The notes under the pieces: model-generated
Seen by the model: only the letters and a program-made list of their open reading frames with translations
Told to the model about the DNA's origin: nothing
Database searches by the model: none
From: Bacteriovoracaceae bacterium
Lineage (GTDB): Bacteria; Bdellovibrionota; Bacteriovoracia; Bacteriovoracales; Bacteriovoracaceae
Direction of reading: 5' to 3'
Assembly: GCA_049599895.1 (NCBI GenBank)
Contig: JBMYPC010000087.1
Span: 1 to 13,259 of the forward strand
DNA length: 13,259 nucleotides
Shown: positions 13,110 through 13,259 of the stretch, piece by piece
Numbering within the stretch: the stretch's first letter is position 1
How the letters are laid out: the number at the start of each line of letters is the position of its first letter
Program-made: the position numbers and the translations under genes

Positions 13110-13259
13110 ATGAAAAAGAAAGTACTCTTTTATTGTCAATCCCTTTGGGGCGTGGGGCATCTCGTACGAAGTCTATATTTAATAGAAGAATTGTTAACTG
13201 AATATGAGGTGTGCTTACTTGACGGTGGAAGATACTGGGGGAGGACTATCAAGCACCCT
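13110..13259 (+). CDS. Partial (runs off window) COG4671-like GT-B glycosyltransferase
   Basis: Not in the ORF track. ATG 13110 gives MKKKVLFYCQSLWGVGHLVRSLYLIEELLTEYEVCLLDGGRYWGRTIKHP, 50 codons with no stop; LFYCQxxxGxGHLxRS...GG is the typical N-terminus of this family and aligns with the 9017 gene. Confidence 0.82.
   Translation, partial: MKKKVLFYCQSLWGVGHLVRSLYLIEELLTEYEVCLLDGGRYWGRTIKHP

Noticed and set aside
1..13259. Lasso peptide / RiPP cluster (HprK-like kinase + NTase + ABC + radical SAM)
   Set aside because: No precursor peptide, PqqD/RRE, asparagine-synthetase-like cyclase or leader peptidase is visible, and the ABC lacks a C39 peptidase domain; cannot be fully excluded beyond the window edges.

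Overview
AT-rich, gene-dense bacterial window encoding what looks like a cell-surface glycosylation/modification island, with 12 CDSs (two cut by the window edges and missing from the ORF track). In order: partial Pol-beta-type nucleotidyltransferase-like protein (<1..1075, -), secreted protein with a possible degenerate OmpA/MotB-like fold, outer-membrane beta-barrel, membrane-anchored GT2, HPr-kinase-related P-loop kinase, TMTC-like GT-C membrane glycosyltransferase, two-module PKD-like + DUF285/BspA repeat surface lipoprotein, COG4671-type GT-B glycosyltransferase, fused ABC exporter (PglK/MsbA-like), GT4, radical SAM + twitch/SPASM-like + TPR protein, and a second, partial COG4671-type GT. 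The beta-barrel and lipoprotein indicate a diderm host. The main candidate novel system, which is inference only, is a dedicated protein O-glycosylation pathway: a TMTC-like transferase overlapping its probable Ser/Thr-rich surface substrate, with a flippase-like ABC exporter, four soluble-donor GTs and kinase / nucleotidyltransferase / radical SAM tailoring enzymes. All family calls come from reading motifs by eye; no database search was run. No rRNA, tRNA, CRISPR array or mobile element was recognised.
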